Shown here: positions 19,853 to 32,690 of the stretch, piece after piece
Numbering within the stretch: the stretch's first letter is position 1
Layout of the letters: each line of letters opens with the position of its first letter
Program-made: the position numbers and the translations under genes
The notes under the pieces: model-generated
Databases searched by the model: none
What the model was told of the DNA's origin: nothing
What the model saw: the letters and a program-made list of their open reading frames with translations, nothing else
Origin: Octopus vulgaris
Lineage: Eukaryota
DNA: 64,000 nt
Direction of reading: 5' to 3'
Assembly (NCBI GenBank): GCA_951406725.2
Contig: OX597826.1
Location: 79,422,001 to 79,486,000, forward strand

Positions 19853-20656
19853 ATGCGTATACGTGTATGTTTGCTTCGGTGAGGAACGTATGTGTGTCTG
19901 TCTTTTGTATTCGTGATTGTGACATGTGTTATATATTCTCAGCAGAATTATTCCCAGTCCTTACCCCTTATTGTTTCTCGTCCTATCGCAGAGAAACAAA
20001 TAAATACACTCACACATATATATATACACACACACACACACACAAAATTAAAAGAACCCTTTTCTGACACATTTTAAAGTTTCTTTTTTAAATACTTTGT
20101 CAAAAGAGAAAACATTTTGTTTTCTGTAATTTTGTTAAACTTCTTTCCCCGCCCGGGATCTTCTCCATATCTTCATCTATCGCCTCTTCGAAATTCGGCA
20201 AATGTAACATCATTGCTAATTGTCAGACGATCTCAGACATCTTACTTTGCAAATGGAATTTTGTTTGTTTAAATTCAAAACTGCGTATAATCTTATTTAA
20301 ATCGACAGCTTTGGACATATTTCCATATTTCTGTGCATTTGTCACATACAAGTTGACTGTGCATCAAGTTGTTATGATTTTCTTGTTATATTATACAATT
20401 GTATATGTTGGGATAGTTTTGTCTATTCTCATTGTCAGTTACTGTAACACGTATTTGGCAGACGAATTTGTTATTGTAAATTTTAGTGACTATAAAAAAG
20501 GATGGAAGTAAATATATGAAACCTAATCATGAAAAAAAAAAGAAGAAAGAAAATATCTAAATTGCTCATGTTAAGTTGTATATGTATATCGTACAATGAA
20601 TTTATGCATATTGAAATGCATAGTTATAAGCTTGGGCATACATTTGTTAATAAATA

Positions 20657-20714
<58 letters not shown>

Positions 20715-20785
20715 ATATATACACACATATATACGTATATGCGCACACATATATGTATTATCTATACACATCTATATGCCTATGG

Positions 20786-20856
<71 letters not shown>

Positions 20857-21097
20857 GATAGATAGATATTACACACATGTTTCATTGTAGAGTAGATATA
20901 GAGCATAGTTGTTATTTATATGATTGAAAAGTGGTTAGGAATGGTTTAAACACTCGAAATAATTTTCGTCAAGCAAATTTGTTCAAAAATCTCCAAATGA
21001 TTCCACTTGAAGACGAGATTTTTCAATAAGTTATTCTAAAGCTCCCTTTAGATATTAACAAGAACAAAAGAACAAGATAAACAATAACATAATAATG

Positions 21098-21130
<33 letters not shown>

Positions 21131-21813
21131 TAAATAATAATGATGATTAATCACAACAACATTAGTAGTATTAAACAAAAACTGAATAAAATATATTTGA
21201 ATTAAAACAACTTAATAGAAAAAATGAGGAACGTTAAAATATTTAAAAAAAAATGTATGAAAGAAATTGGTTTTAGATCATAGAGCAACTGTTTTTGTGT
21301 TTTTCTTCGTTTTGAAACCTCGATTTTTAAAAAAAAAAGAAGGAATAAATAATGTGAATCAATAAAAAAAAAACAAAAACAGTAACAGTAACAAACAATA
21401 TGAGAAGTATCAATAAGAGAATATTTGTCGTCTGCAATGTTCAATAGGTTTTTGAGTTAACTTGCGTGTAGGTTTTTTTTTTGTCTGTTTTCATCCCGGA
21501 ATCGGAGCTGGAGCAACAGAGTGAGGGAATCTTACTATTGTATTTATCGAAAGACACACGTGATGAACCTCGGATTGCTGTGATTGGTCAATAAATGTAC
21601 CTGAAAGCAACCGGAACTTTTGAATCTCTGCTTTGTTCTTATTCAGTGATACATTCTCTCTCTTCTTAGGATTAGCCAGAATTTCAACTGACGTCAGCCT
21701 CTCGAAAGAAAAAAACAAAACAAACTTTACAAATTAACAAAAAAAGAAATGGAAAAATGGAAGTTAGAGAAAAAGAGACAGAAAACAAGTTTTCCCTTTG
21801 TATAATAGTTAAA

Positions 21814-21850
<37 letters not shown>

Positions 21851-22310
21851 GTGGCAAATTTTAACTCCACCTCATGGTTTTTCCGATTTTTGTTTCGTAG
21901 TAGTTGCCGTTTTTTTTTTCAATCAAATATTGAGTGTTGGTAAATCCCTTTAAGGAAACAAATAAAATGTTTTCCAGATAAAAAAAAACCCAGGAAAATG
22001 AATAAAAAGTAATAGAGAGATATTCCAACAATATCACAGCAATTTAACACAAATGTTTGGTTCTGTAAGATGACTGCTGTTGCTTAAAATAGAGATTCAA
22101 TTGGTAAAAACAGCAAAAAACAAATGAGAAATAGAGAGAGAAAAGAAACGCGGAGATGTTAGCACAATATAGCGTTGTCCGTCCTATTTTTGCTATCCTT
22201 CCGCCTCCTACTTGTAGTTGGGTATTTGTTAATTGTGTTAAAAGTCAGTCATAGTTAGCTTCAGCTTTATCTCTCTCAGTATTTTTTAGAAATGTTTCTT
22301 GTTACTCGGT

Positions 22311-22478
22311 TCACTTTTGTGAATAGAACACCCAGTAGAGTGTAATAAACGTAAAAAAGCACGATGGGAATGCTACTCGAGATATAACATCGATTCGTTT
22401 AGCTTTTAGTTTAGATTTAGGTTCCGAGGTGCGAACATCAACGGGGACACCGTCGCTGGTACCGTTACTCCATGTAAT
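22311..22478 (-). CDS. Cys-loop anion channel last coding exon (M4, stop TGA)
   Basis: Pyrimidine tract + cAG acceptor, phase 0; ITWSNGTSD...AKRIDVISRVAFPSCFFTFITLYWVFYSQK*, a typical GlyR-like M4. Confidence 0.94.
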   Translation of the reverse strand: MTWSNGTSDGVPVDVRTSEPKSKLKAKRIDVISRVAFPSCFFTFITLYWVFYSQK

Positions 22479-23928
22479 CTGTTCGAAGAAAAGAAAAGAG
22501 AGAAGAAAATAGAAAAAAAGAATCAAAAACCCTCAAAAGCAAAGAAAAAAACCCGTAAAATACAATGAAAGAAACACCATAACAGAATCTCATACGAAAC
22601 TGGACTGAATTGCTACTTGGTAATTGTGCCACATCATTTAATGACAGAATTAATTTTCACAGAGCAAAAACTTATGCCGTATGATAATTGATATAATTGT
22701 ATTTGTTAATGTTGTTCATGCTAGGAGGTTACATTGAGTTATTTCCCGTGGCTAATTTTTGTAAGATTTATGCAAATTACCTTGGCCATTAGCGTGTTTT
22801 ACCATCTTTGTATAAATCCAAGTCTCCTGGCTGCTGGAGATAAGGTCGGACAATTGTTGTGTTGAACGATTTTGAGCCAGAAACACGTATCCACAATATC
22901 CTCTTAACTCCAAACAATAAAGCCTGTCCTTTTATTTAATGGCAAGTCATCTTTAGAGAGAATCCTTGAGATTGTTTCCCCTTCTCATACGGAGCTTGTC
23001 GGTTTCAGTTGCCATTTGGTAATTATGGCACATCCGTTGGCGGGGAAGATAAAGATAATTTTAATAAATCAAGTGTATATGTTGTATGGTATTTAATATA
23101 CCTGTATATGTCTCTGTGATTCAGATACATGCTGCTGGCCACACTGAATTCCCATAGCTCATTTTTATTTATATATATACATAAATACACAAAGTTATCG
23201 TAGTTATCGTAATGTTACGTGTCTATACCAAAATCTATGTTAATCCCCGTTATCAGAGAAATGAAAGAAATCTCCGTATGCTATAAGATACGGTTTTGTA
23301 AAGTCATCATTCGATCGGGCATACTCGTAGAATATAATGTAGGTGTTGTAATTCTTTGTTTCTGTGGGATCTATCTACTCCCTTTGAGTAGGGATTTAAG
23401 TTTGTTAATTCTGAAATTTGCTCAATTTTAAAAGACGTAATAAATTGCGTGCATGTATGTTTGTTTTCATAATGCGAATTGTAATTAACTTAATCCAGTG
23501 ATCTTTTATGTTATCTGCTGGAAGGAATGTTTTAAAGGACCTATATTTATAGAATTAGATGCCGTGCATGAACAAAACAATACTTGGCAGTTTTATGTAA
23601 AGTCAGAAAGCATTTCATTGTTGCAAGTCTCAACAAACACGAATTATATTTAAACGTCAAATCAGAGGTTTTTAACAAATGTTCACACTTCAGAAAGTAT
23701 CATTTAATATTTTGCAAAAGCAAATGTAGATTATATGTATATAAGATCGTAAGGTATTTGCCGACCCAAAATTCATTTGGAAACATACATACAATTTATT
23801 AAGCATTTCACTATTTGAATAAAATTCAGACGTCACAAACTGAAAAGTTTATAAATCGTTGCCTCCCTTACGCTATTTTCCATGCATACACCCAGCAAGA
23901 TATTGGCATCACTATCGTATATTCTGTA

Positions 23929-23988
<60 letters not shown>

Positions 23989-24420
23989 AGAAAGATTGAG
24001 CACTACCAATCTGATGATTGTTGCTGAAAGCAAGTTTTTGTTATATACATGAAATTCGAAATAACAGAACAGTAGGTTAACTATAACCACTCGAACAATA
24101 ACTCCACTCTCCTCCATCTTTTCATTATTTTTTTTTATTTCTCATGATGACACTCGCAACTTCCTATCGCTCTCTCTCTCCCTCTCTCTGTATATATATA
24201 TATATATATATGCATAGGCAAATACAGGCACACAAACACACGCATGCACAAACATATACGCACACATTCATATCGTAGTACATACATCAGAATGCTTTCT
24301 AAAACAGCTCTAAAAGTTGTAATTTGAAGTCATTAGACAGATTCACGTTGTGGACATCTTGTTCATTGTTGATGAAGCCGATTCTTACTCCGCTTTAGTC
24401 AGGTACAGAGACATCCCCGG

Positions 24421-24505
<85 letters not shown>

Positions 24506-24524
24506 TGAGAAAGTTGGTGTGTGA

Positions 24525-24846
24525 AAGCACGTGGTTGAATATATAGAAAATAGTAAAAAGTGAAAAAACTACAGAAGGTTTGTTTTAAAAGGTTAAAAAA
24601 TATATATTTGAGTCATTATGTCAGAAGAATGTTATAAATTTTTTTCATACAATGACAGTTTTTGAAGAAATGACCGGTTTCGCTTTCAGCTTTTCAAATT
24701 TCTTCAAAAACTATGTCATTGTATGAAAAAAATTTATAACATTCTTCTGACATAATGACTCAAATATATATTTTTTAACCTTTTAAAACAAGCCTTCTGT
24801 AGTTTTTTCACTTTTTACTATTTTCTATATATTCAACCACGTGCTT
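24525..24846. repeat. Near-perfect inverted repeat, arms ~147 bp (24525-24671 / 24698-24846), 26-nt loop
   Basis: Arms are reverse complements apart from about one substitution and a 2-nt indel; preceded by a pure (TA)n run. Confidence 0.95.
24661..24710 (-). ncRNA. Minimal type I hammerhead ribozyme motif (U3-A8 variant)
   Basis: Minus strand TTTGAAGAAAT-TTGAAAA-GCT gaa AGC-GAAA-CCGG-TC-ATTTCTTCAAA: helix I, core, helix II, palindromic helix III and UH cleavage site all correctly placed. Confidence 0.7.
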
Positions 24847-24999
24847 AAAACACCGAAACCAACTAACATCAAAGTAAGCAGTGTACCAGTACACCGTTTG
24901 AACACCGAGTACATGGGATCGATATGAGAGCGAACTCCATTCAAACTCTTGCATACAGTCGCGCTGAGTTATCAGCTCAAATATTTAAGCAGTAAATAC

Positions 25000-25237
25000 A
25001 TATTTTCTTTACTACCCACAAGGGGCTAAACACAGAGGGGACAAACAAGGACAGACAAACGGATTAAGTCGATTATATCGACCCCAGAGCGTAACTGGTA
25101 CTTAATTTATCGACCCCGAAAGGATGAAAGGCAAAGTCGACCTCGGCGGAATTTGAACTCAGAACGTAACGGCAGACGAAATACGGCTGCGCATTTCGCC
25201 CGGCGTGCTAACGTTTCTGCCAGCTCTTCGCCGCCTT
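25000..25237 (-). mobile_element. tRNA-derived SINE, family A (near full length), ~40 nt from the M1-M3 exon donor
   Basis: Close match to copies at 56355, 41803, 46224 and 60041. Confidence 0.9.
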
Positions 25238-25279
25238 TCAAATATTTAAGCTGTAAATATGTGAAAAGGAAATACTCAC

Positions 25280-25671
25280 TGATTTCGATTTGATAAAACT
25301 TCCCTTTGTTTCCTTAGAAGGTACAAGTTTTATCATAATCCGTTTTACTTCTCGTCTCGAGTAGATGCTGACCAAAGCGTACTCTAGTAATGCCGCGAAT
25401 ACGAATACCAAACACGATACTGTCCACACATCGATGGCTTTGATGTAACTTACTGGAGGAAGAGATATGGCTGTGCTCTGACGTTGCGTGATCATCGTTA
25501 GAACGGTTGTACTACCCAGTGCTATTCTGGCGGGAACAGCATCAATTGGTAACCAGAAGGATACCCAAGAAATGACAACAATCAAAGTGCTAGGGATAAA
25601 TACGTGGAGTAGGAAAAATTCAAACTTCCGATTAAGGTAAATGTCGGCTTGGATGCAGGTAAAATTATTTT
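25280..25671 (-). CDS. Cys-loop anion channel exon (end of loop C, M1, M2, M3, start of intracellular loop)
   Basis: ctctacAG acceptor, TCA|GTGAGT donor; 392 nt, phase 1 to 0; NNFTCIQADIYLNR...FIPSTLIVVISWVSFWL...PARIALGSTTVLTMITQ...LPPVSYIKAIDVW...FAALLEYALV. Confidence 0.97.
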
Positions 25672-27128
25672 CTGTAGAGAGAAGAAATAAAAGAAGAAAA
25701 GAGCGTATTTGAGTGTGTGTGTATAGGAAATAATTATATCTAAGCATGTGAGTATGTGTGGTCGTGTATGTATGTTTATATGTAGTTACATATATATTCA
25801 TAAATATAAACACATATCTATACACATTCACACTCATTAGTGTCTCAGTGTGTATGTTTATGGATGTATATATCATACGTAGCTGTATTTTATATTGTAT
25901 TAATGTTTCACTTGGCAAGTTTATGTGTATTTTTATCTTTTTATATGCAAGTGTATAGACAATTAATTATACATAATTATACATCCTGTCTGCATATATA
26001 AATATAGATATTTCATACATGTTTGTGCAGGTGTATATGCAGGGTGCGGCGAATAAACTGTCGTCTAAATCACGCAAGATTGAAAATAACACCGACATCT
26101 CATTTTAACAGATACATACAAACATTTGTGTATGTGTAAATATACATTAACTTACACATACGTGTGTATATATATACAAACACCCATTTTGCAAATTTAT
26201 AAAGATGCGAGCACATGTTCGTACAGAAAAAAAAAGAGATTATACTGACGAGTTTCATCAACCACCCATCAAGGGACATGTACCTCCTCTTTCTTCCACC
26301 GACGAGAAGAAATTACAGAAAATTCACTTTTAAATCGAACACAGACTAGAAGTTACTTGTAATGGTAAAATTAATTTGCATTCTGTACCTTCTTCGGCGG
26401 CATGATTAAATCATTAATATATGCTTTTCCTCAGGTTAGCGTGTATTAGACAATCTAAGCTAAGTTTTAAGTAGTTAAATTTGCAACATATACGAAGAGT
26501 TGTTTTTGTCTCGGTATACAAAAAATACAGGAGATTGTCGTGGTTTGTTTCATGGCATGTGGACCCCTCGTCAGTGGATAGGCACACCCTGATTTTGCTC
26601 TATCAACTAAAATAGCATTTAGCAAATAGCTATTTAGATCAGACGCGAGCCAGAGCTTAAACGCGAAAGCTAAAATGAATTTCAAACTTTGCGTTTGTTG
26701 AAGGCGTGATTAAATAATTAATAAATAAAGTTCCACAGCGAAAGGCTTAAAAACTATATTGGCTTCATCATAGACTTTCCAGTCGAGGTCCCGTTGTTCA
26801 TAATTATTAATCAACCACGTCACTGATACACGGCGTCCAAATAAACTAGTCATTACAGGCAAGTTCTAGTTTGTATTTGATTTAAATAGCGATTTATTAT
26901 AAACTTTCTCTGTGTACTAAGATATGAAGAGATTCTTGCTAAGAGCCGCATGTAATGTCATTAGAGCAAAGTTTAGTTAGTGTTTCATTTAAATAGCGAT
27001 CTCTTCTTGGGTACCAAACTGAAAAGATACTTGTTTTCCGTTAAGATATTACTCTCAAACCCCAGAGTCGTTTTGTATTAATGGTACTACTTATGTCAGG
27101 GTTACAGATACATTTGATAAACTCATAC

Positions 27129-27260
27129 CTTCAAATTCTCCAGTGCAGTCTTTATTCTGGATGTTTCCGATTTCGAACTGGGCCATTTCCATTTCCTGGT
27201 TATATGTTATAGCGTTACCCTTTTCCCAGCGGAAGACTACATTGTCTGGAGTGTAGACAA
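27129..27260 (-). CDS. Cys-loop anion channel exon (loop B to start of loop C)
   Basis: ctttcAG acceptor, G|GTATGA donor; 132 nt, phase 1 to 1; (F)VYTPDNVVFRWEKGNAITYNQEMEMAQFEIGNIQNKDCTGEFE. Confidence 0.94.
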
Positions 27261-27534
27261 CTGAAAGAACAAGAAGACATTGCAATGTGAAATAAGGTCT
27301 CCGTAATTTTACCGCAAAGATAAATTTACTAAGGAAGATTTGGTCGTCCTGGGGCTGTAGTTGGAGACACTTGGGACACTTGCCCAAGGAATAAAGCAGG
27401 ACTTCACTTGAAACTACGGGGTTGCAAAGTGAACTTTTTAAACACAATGCTATGCCTAAAAATAATGACAATATTAGTGATGATAGTGATGATGATGATG
27501 ATGATGATGTGGCTAATATTACAAGTGGACTGGA

Positions 27535-27845
27535 AGCAAAGTCGGCCTCGGCGGAATTTGAACTCAGAACATAAAAGGTGGACGAAATGCCGATATGCAT
27601 TTTTGTCTGGCGTGTTAACAGTTCTGCCAGCTCGCCACCTTAATGACGATGGTGATGATGATGATGAGGATGATGATAGTAACGACAACAATGATAATCC
27701 TTTCTACTAAAGGCACAAGGCCTGCCCGAAATTTTTGGGGAGGGGATAAGTCGATTACATCGACCCCTCCCGCCCAGTGTTTCACTGGTACTTATTTAAT
27801 CGACCCCGAAAGGAAGAAAGGCAATGTCGACCTCGACGGAATTTG
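27535..27845 (-). mobile_element. Two partial family A SINE pieces among (GAT)n/(CAA)n repeats
   Basis: gcaaagtcggcctcggcggaatttgaactcagaac at ~27536 and ctggtacttatttaatcgaccccgaaagga at ~27785. Confidence 0.8.
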
Positions 27846-28658
27846 ATCACAACAACAACAACAACAACAACAACAATAATAATAATGATGATGAGAACGA
27901 CAACGACGGCGTTGATGACGACGACGACGATGTTCTTTTTGCGTAGGCAACACATTTTGAAGAAAAGTGGTCGACAATTAATTTGTTGACAGCTTATTAT
28001 ATAGATCTTGACACATACATAAATTCATACAAACATACATACATACATACATACATACATACATACATAAATACATACATACATACACACTGATATGAAT
28101 GTATTTGTGTGTGTTATTAACTGGATATTACATATTAGTATTCTATAAGATTCATAAAAATCAGTTATAATTTATCAGTTATTTTTTGAATATCATTCGT
28201 TGCGTAGCACTGACCTTTGTGTTATAGAGGTCTCTGGCCCCGAGATTAATATGAATGTATTTAAACAGTCTCATGAGAAGCTGTCAACTATTTTAAAAAT
28301 ATTTCGATTTGATTTTGTGCAAGCGAGCCGTGACGGAACCAAAAGTTAAACATATTTTATGTAGCTATATTGTATGCGGTTATGAAAACGCCAGAGGGGT
28401 TTTATTAAAGTGGAGTCACTTCAATGTTTTTAATATGTTCGAGATGTTTTATATATTTTCAGAAGTAAAAAAAAATATGTATTACTGGTATTTCGAGAAT
28501 CAGTTGGTGCGATACAATTTCGATATTTACGAAGATATTTTCTGATATGTGGATATGAAAAGTTTAACTTTGTCAGTTTAAGTGTTTTCGTATTTGCATT
28601 TTTTAGAATTAAGATTTTCTCAAGAATGCATAAATTACTGGATGAATTTGGTTGTGTA

Positions 28659-29153
28659 CGGGGTCTGATCGAAAAGTATCAGGACTGGTGGGATAAAAAG
28701 AAAACAACACGTATCAATTTGGCATTTAATCTCCTATGAATCGAGTCCACTTCTGAAGCCATACGCTTTATCCAGCATCATTTCCATTGATGGAAACATT
28801 CCTGGGAACTCCTTTTTTGGCGATAGCGAACAACTGCCTCTTCACATTCTCTTAGATTTTCTCATTGTCTTGGAATCTTGTTCCTTTCAAGTGGGATTGG
28901 ATTTTTGGCAAGATTCTTGGCCGTAATAACCTTCAAGCCGTGTTTATTTTCATGCACACACACATGTTTTCTCTGCCATGGTCTCTGTGGTGTGGTGAGA
29001 TGACCGCACTCTACACACTAATTTCAAGCTCTGCTTCAAACAACGGGAGCAAGAGACTTTGTGTCAAGGTCAACCTGTGCCAAGCGACTTTACTCTATGC
29101 ACCTTAGCTCAGTTACCAAAGCGACATTCCCGATACTTTTTTATGAAACCTCG
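28659..29153. mobile_element. Non-autonomous mariner-type element with TIRs and TA target duplication
   Basis: ta|cggggtctgatcgaaaagtatcagga ... tcccgatacttttttatgaaacctcg|ta. Confidence 0.7.
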
Positions 29154-29330
29154 TATAATATATTGTCTCCGAACACTGTCTTTGAATTTTTAATGCTTGA
29201 AAGCCAATAAACGTTGGTTTAGAAAATTCTTTGGAATGTTATAAATGGATAATCACCACAAATGTCTAATCGTAAACTGATATGTATCGAATCTAATGTA
29301 ATCAAATCAGTTCTTATTAATATTAGCTGT

Positions 29331-29512
29331 TAAGGCAGCGAACTGGCAGAATTGTTGACACGCTGGATGAAATGCTTAGCGCTATTTCGCCAGTCGTTGC
29401 GTTCTGAGTTCAAATTCCACCGAGGTCAACTTCACCTTTCATCTTTTCGGGATCGATGTAATCGGCTATTCTCCTCCCCCAAATTTCAGGCCTTGTGGTC
29501 CCTAATAGAAAG
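29331..29512 (+). mobile_element. tRNA-derived SINE, family A, internally deleted
   Basis: aaggcagcgaactggcagaa...gttctgagttcaaattccaccgaggtcaac; opposite orientation to neighbouring copies. Confidence 0.85.
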
Positions 29513-30245
29513 GGTTAGTGTTAGTTGTGATAATGGCTGAATAAGTTTGTGATTTTCCCCATATAATTGCCATTAATTGCGCATCGATATCCCAACGATA
29601 TCCCACCAGCCGTTTACTGACGTCGCACTTATCATCTGTTCTTTTATCTTTTGTTTGTTTTAATCATTAGACTGCGGCCATGATAGAGCACCGCCAGGAA
29701 GAACTTTTAGTCAAACCAACCGATCAGCACTTATTTCTTTAAAAAGCCCGATACTTATTCTATCGATTTGTTTTGCCGAAGCGCTAGCTTACGGGGACGA
29801 AAACATACCAAATGCGCCTGATGATGACTTTTCTTCAAAAATATTTACCAATTTTATAAAACAACATTAGAGTGGTTTCGCCTTAAGAATAACCGTTTAT
29901 AAAGGACACACCAAAAAGTTTTAATTTTCTTCTCATAACGGAGTGTTTGAACAAAACCTCACCGAAAAGTTTTGAAGATATTTTACACAATAATCACTAT
30001 TAATTCGTTCAACCCCACCCAAGGCACAGTTAGCAACGGTAACCAGCGTCTAAAAGTAAAAAATTTAAGAACATAATTGTAACTAGTTATTTTAACAAAT
30101 TGCATATTACAACATAAATCTGAATTTTCACCATATTATTTGATAAATCACACGATGGCGAGACTATAAACTATAAAGTGAATATGTGATAGTCAAATAT
30201 TCTACTATCAGTAATATACATACATACATACATAAATACATACAT

Positions 30246-30317
<72 letters not shown>

Positions 30318-30318
<1 letters not shown>

Positions 30319-30745
30319 GAGGCGTGACTGCGTGGTAAGAAGCTTGTTTCCCAACCACATGGTTTCGGGTTCAGTCCCACTACGTGGCAACTTGGGCAAG
30401 TATCTTCTGCTATAGCCTCAGGCCGACCAAGGCCTTGTGAGTGGATTTGGTAGACGTCGTATATATATATATATATATATTAGTGTGTATATATATATAT
30501 TAGTGTATATATATATATATATATATACACATATATTAGTGTGTATGTGTGTCTATGTGTCTGTGTTTGTCTCCCCGCCATCGCTTGAAAACTGATGTTG
30601 GTGTGTTAGAGGTTCGGCAAAAGATGCCGATAGAATAAGTTCTAGGCTTACAACGAATATGTACTGGGATCGATTTCACCGACTAAAGGTGGTGCTCCAG
30701 CCTGGCCGCAGCCAAATGACTGAAATAAGTGAAAGAATAAAAGAA
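30318..30745 (+). mobile_element. tRNA-derived SINE, family C (CORE-like cttgggcaagt, internal TA/TG tract)
   Basis: tggtaagaagcttg...gggttcagtccc...cttgggcaag...gtggatttggtagacg...ggtgctccagc..ggccgcag; partial copies at ~29640-29810 (-), 31580-31710, 43490-43610, 44910-45110 and 59685-59850 (-). Confidence 0.85.
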
Positions 30746-31730
30746 TAACAAGAATATATAGAATTCTGAAAACTAATATTGAGTACGCTTTCGATTTAAG
30801 ATTACTTTAAATTCGTATCGAATCACTCTTAAATGTAACAACTGAATCATGAATAACCGCCAGATATTTATTTTTTCACCAAGAATATGCCAACAGAAAT
30901 ATTTTAACAAATGGTTAACGCACAGCGCAGAAGTCTTCGTTGAAAGGATGCGCTGTTTGAGGAGACGTTCTTTTTCGACAAGGATGACAAAGAACATACA
31001 TGTAGAGAAACGAAGTTCTGCTTCAGGAACCGGAAATATCCACCAAGCAACAAACTACTCGAAACTTTTGAAACGGATGTCTATGAATCGGCGAAAAACA
31101 TAACATCGAAGAACATAAACAATAGCTTCCAGCAGAAAATGGTGAACAGTATAAAGAATATTTAAAGGAGTCAAACAAGATAGTTCTAAAAACAGACAAA
31201 ATGGAATAAACATGAAATGCACTATAAAATTTATATCTTCGTATCAAACAATATTACTAATAATTATAGAAATACGAATTATACATAAAATCTTATAAAT
31301 AACAAGACTAGATCATGGCCCTTAGCCTTGACATATAATATAGAATTGAGGTTCTTGTATTAAAAGCAAAAAAAACAACCCAAAACTTATAATCCTCGAT
31401 ACCAAGTGTGATAAACCTAGTGCTTGGAAAAATCCCAATATATTAAAAAAAAAAAACAGAATAAAGAATTAGGAAAATCAACCTAAAAGAAATCACCCAC
31501 AAATCCAAGAACGTTCCAGAATTTTCCAGAATTTTACTTTGAAAAAAATTGAATATCAATAATTAGTTGGTTTAGAAACATCGATTTTGCTTCCCAACCA
31601 CATGCATTTAGGTTCAGTCTCACTGTATGGCACCCTGGGCAAGTGTTTTCTATCCTAACCGACATCCGAGTGTATTTGGTAGACGGAAACTGAAAGAAGT
31701 CCGTCGTGTATGTATATGTATATATATATA

Positions 31731-31933
31731 TATATTAGTCATAATGAGTATATTTAAACCTCTTCTAGGGATAATATATTAAATTTTGAAGGGGCATTTC
31801 TTCAACGAATATATAGAATATCGTAAAATATCAAACATTTTTATCGAGTTAGAAGAGTGATCTAATGGATGCAATTCAGTTTATTAATAAATCAGCATTT
31901 TCACCAACAATTGTTTCATTTCACAAACAAAAT
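31731..31933. repeat. Left arm of ~200-bp inverted repeat (partner 33157-33360)
   Basis: Reverse complement of 33157-33360 with about 13 mismatches by manual comparison. Confidence 0.92.
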
Positions 31934-32004
31934 TAAAATTACAAATAATATATAAATATATAATTTTGCATTTTAAATTCCTTGTATGGAAAATCATCAG
32001 GGTG
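31902..32004 (-). ncRNA. Hammerhead-like motif with long helix II
   Basis: Minus strand CACC-CTGATGA-tttcc atacaa...ttgtttgtgaaat-GAAA-CAATTG-TT-GGTG; palindromic helix III; first helix II position is T-T. Confidence 0.5.
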
Positions 32005-32256
32005 TGCAGACGACAATAAGGATGCTTTTGGAATACACGGAATATAGACATATTTACTATGGGTACACATAGTAAATATGCCTGAATATTCTGTGTATTC
32101 CCCAAACATCCTAATATAAACCTTATTGTCCATACAAGGAATTTTAAATGCAAGCGACGAAAATGTTTTGACAAATTAAATTTAAATGTTGATCTGAATC
32201 TAACGGTTTTTGTGTGTTTCTTAAATGGCTTATAGACACCTTCCACGCTGCAATTG

Positions 32257-32301
<45 letters not shown>

Positions 32302-32337
32302 TATATATGTATGTATGTATGTATACATACATATTAA

Positions 32338-32690
32338 TCTTTTCTACTCTAGGTACAAGGACCGAAATATTGGGTGAGGGGGCCAGTCGATTAAATCGAC
32401 CCCAGTACGCAACTGGTACTTAATTTATCGACCCCGAAAGGCTGAAAGGCAAAGTCAACCTTGGCGTAAATGGGATTTAGAACATAAAGCAGGAATAATT
32501 AGTCTAAGCATTTCTTCGATATGCTAAGGATCCGGCCACTCGTAGCACAATAGAAGCACAAAATCAGAAATTCAGGAAAGGTTAAGTCGATTTATATCGA
32601 CCAGTAGTTGACTGGTACTATGTCGACCCCAAAGAGATGATGTGAGGTAAGGTTGACTTCGGCGGGACTTGAAACCAGAATGTAAAGAAC
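32338..32690 (-). mobile_element. Family A SINE plus an older degenerate copy
   Basis: cccagtacgcaactggtacttaatttatcgaccccgaaaggctgaaaggcaaagtc, and a diverged repeat of it near 32590-32690. Confidence 0.75.
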
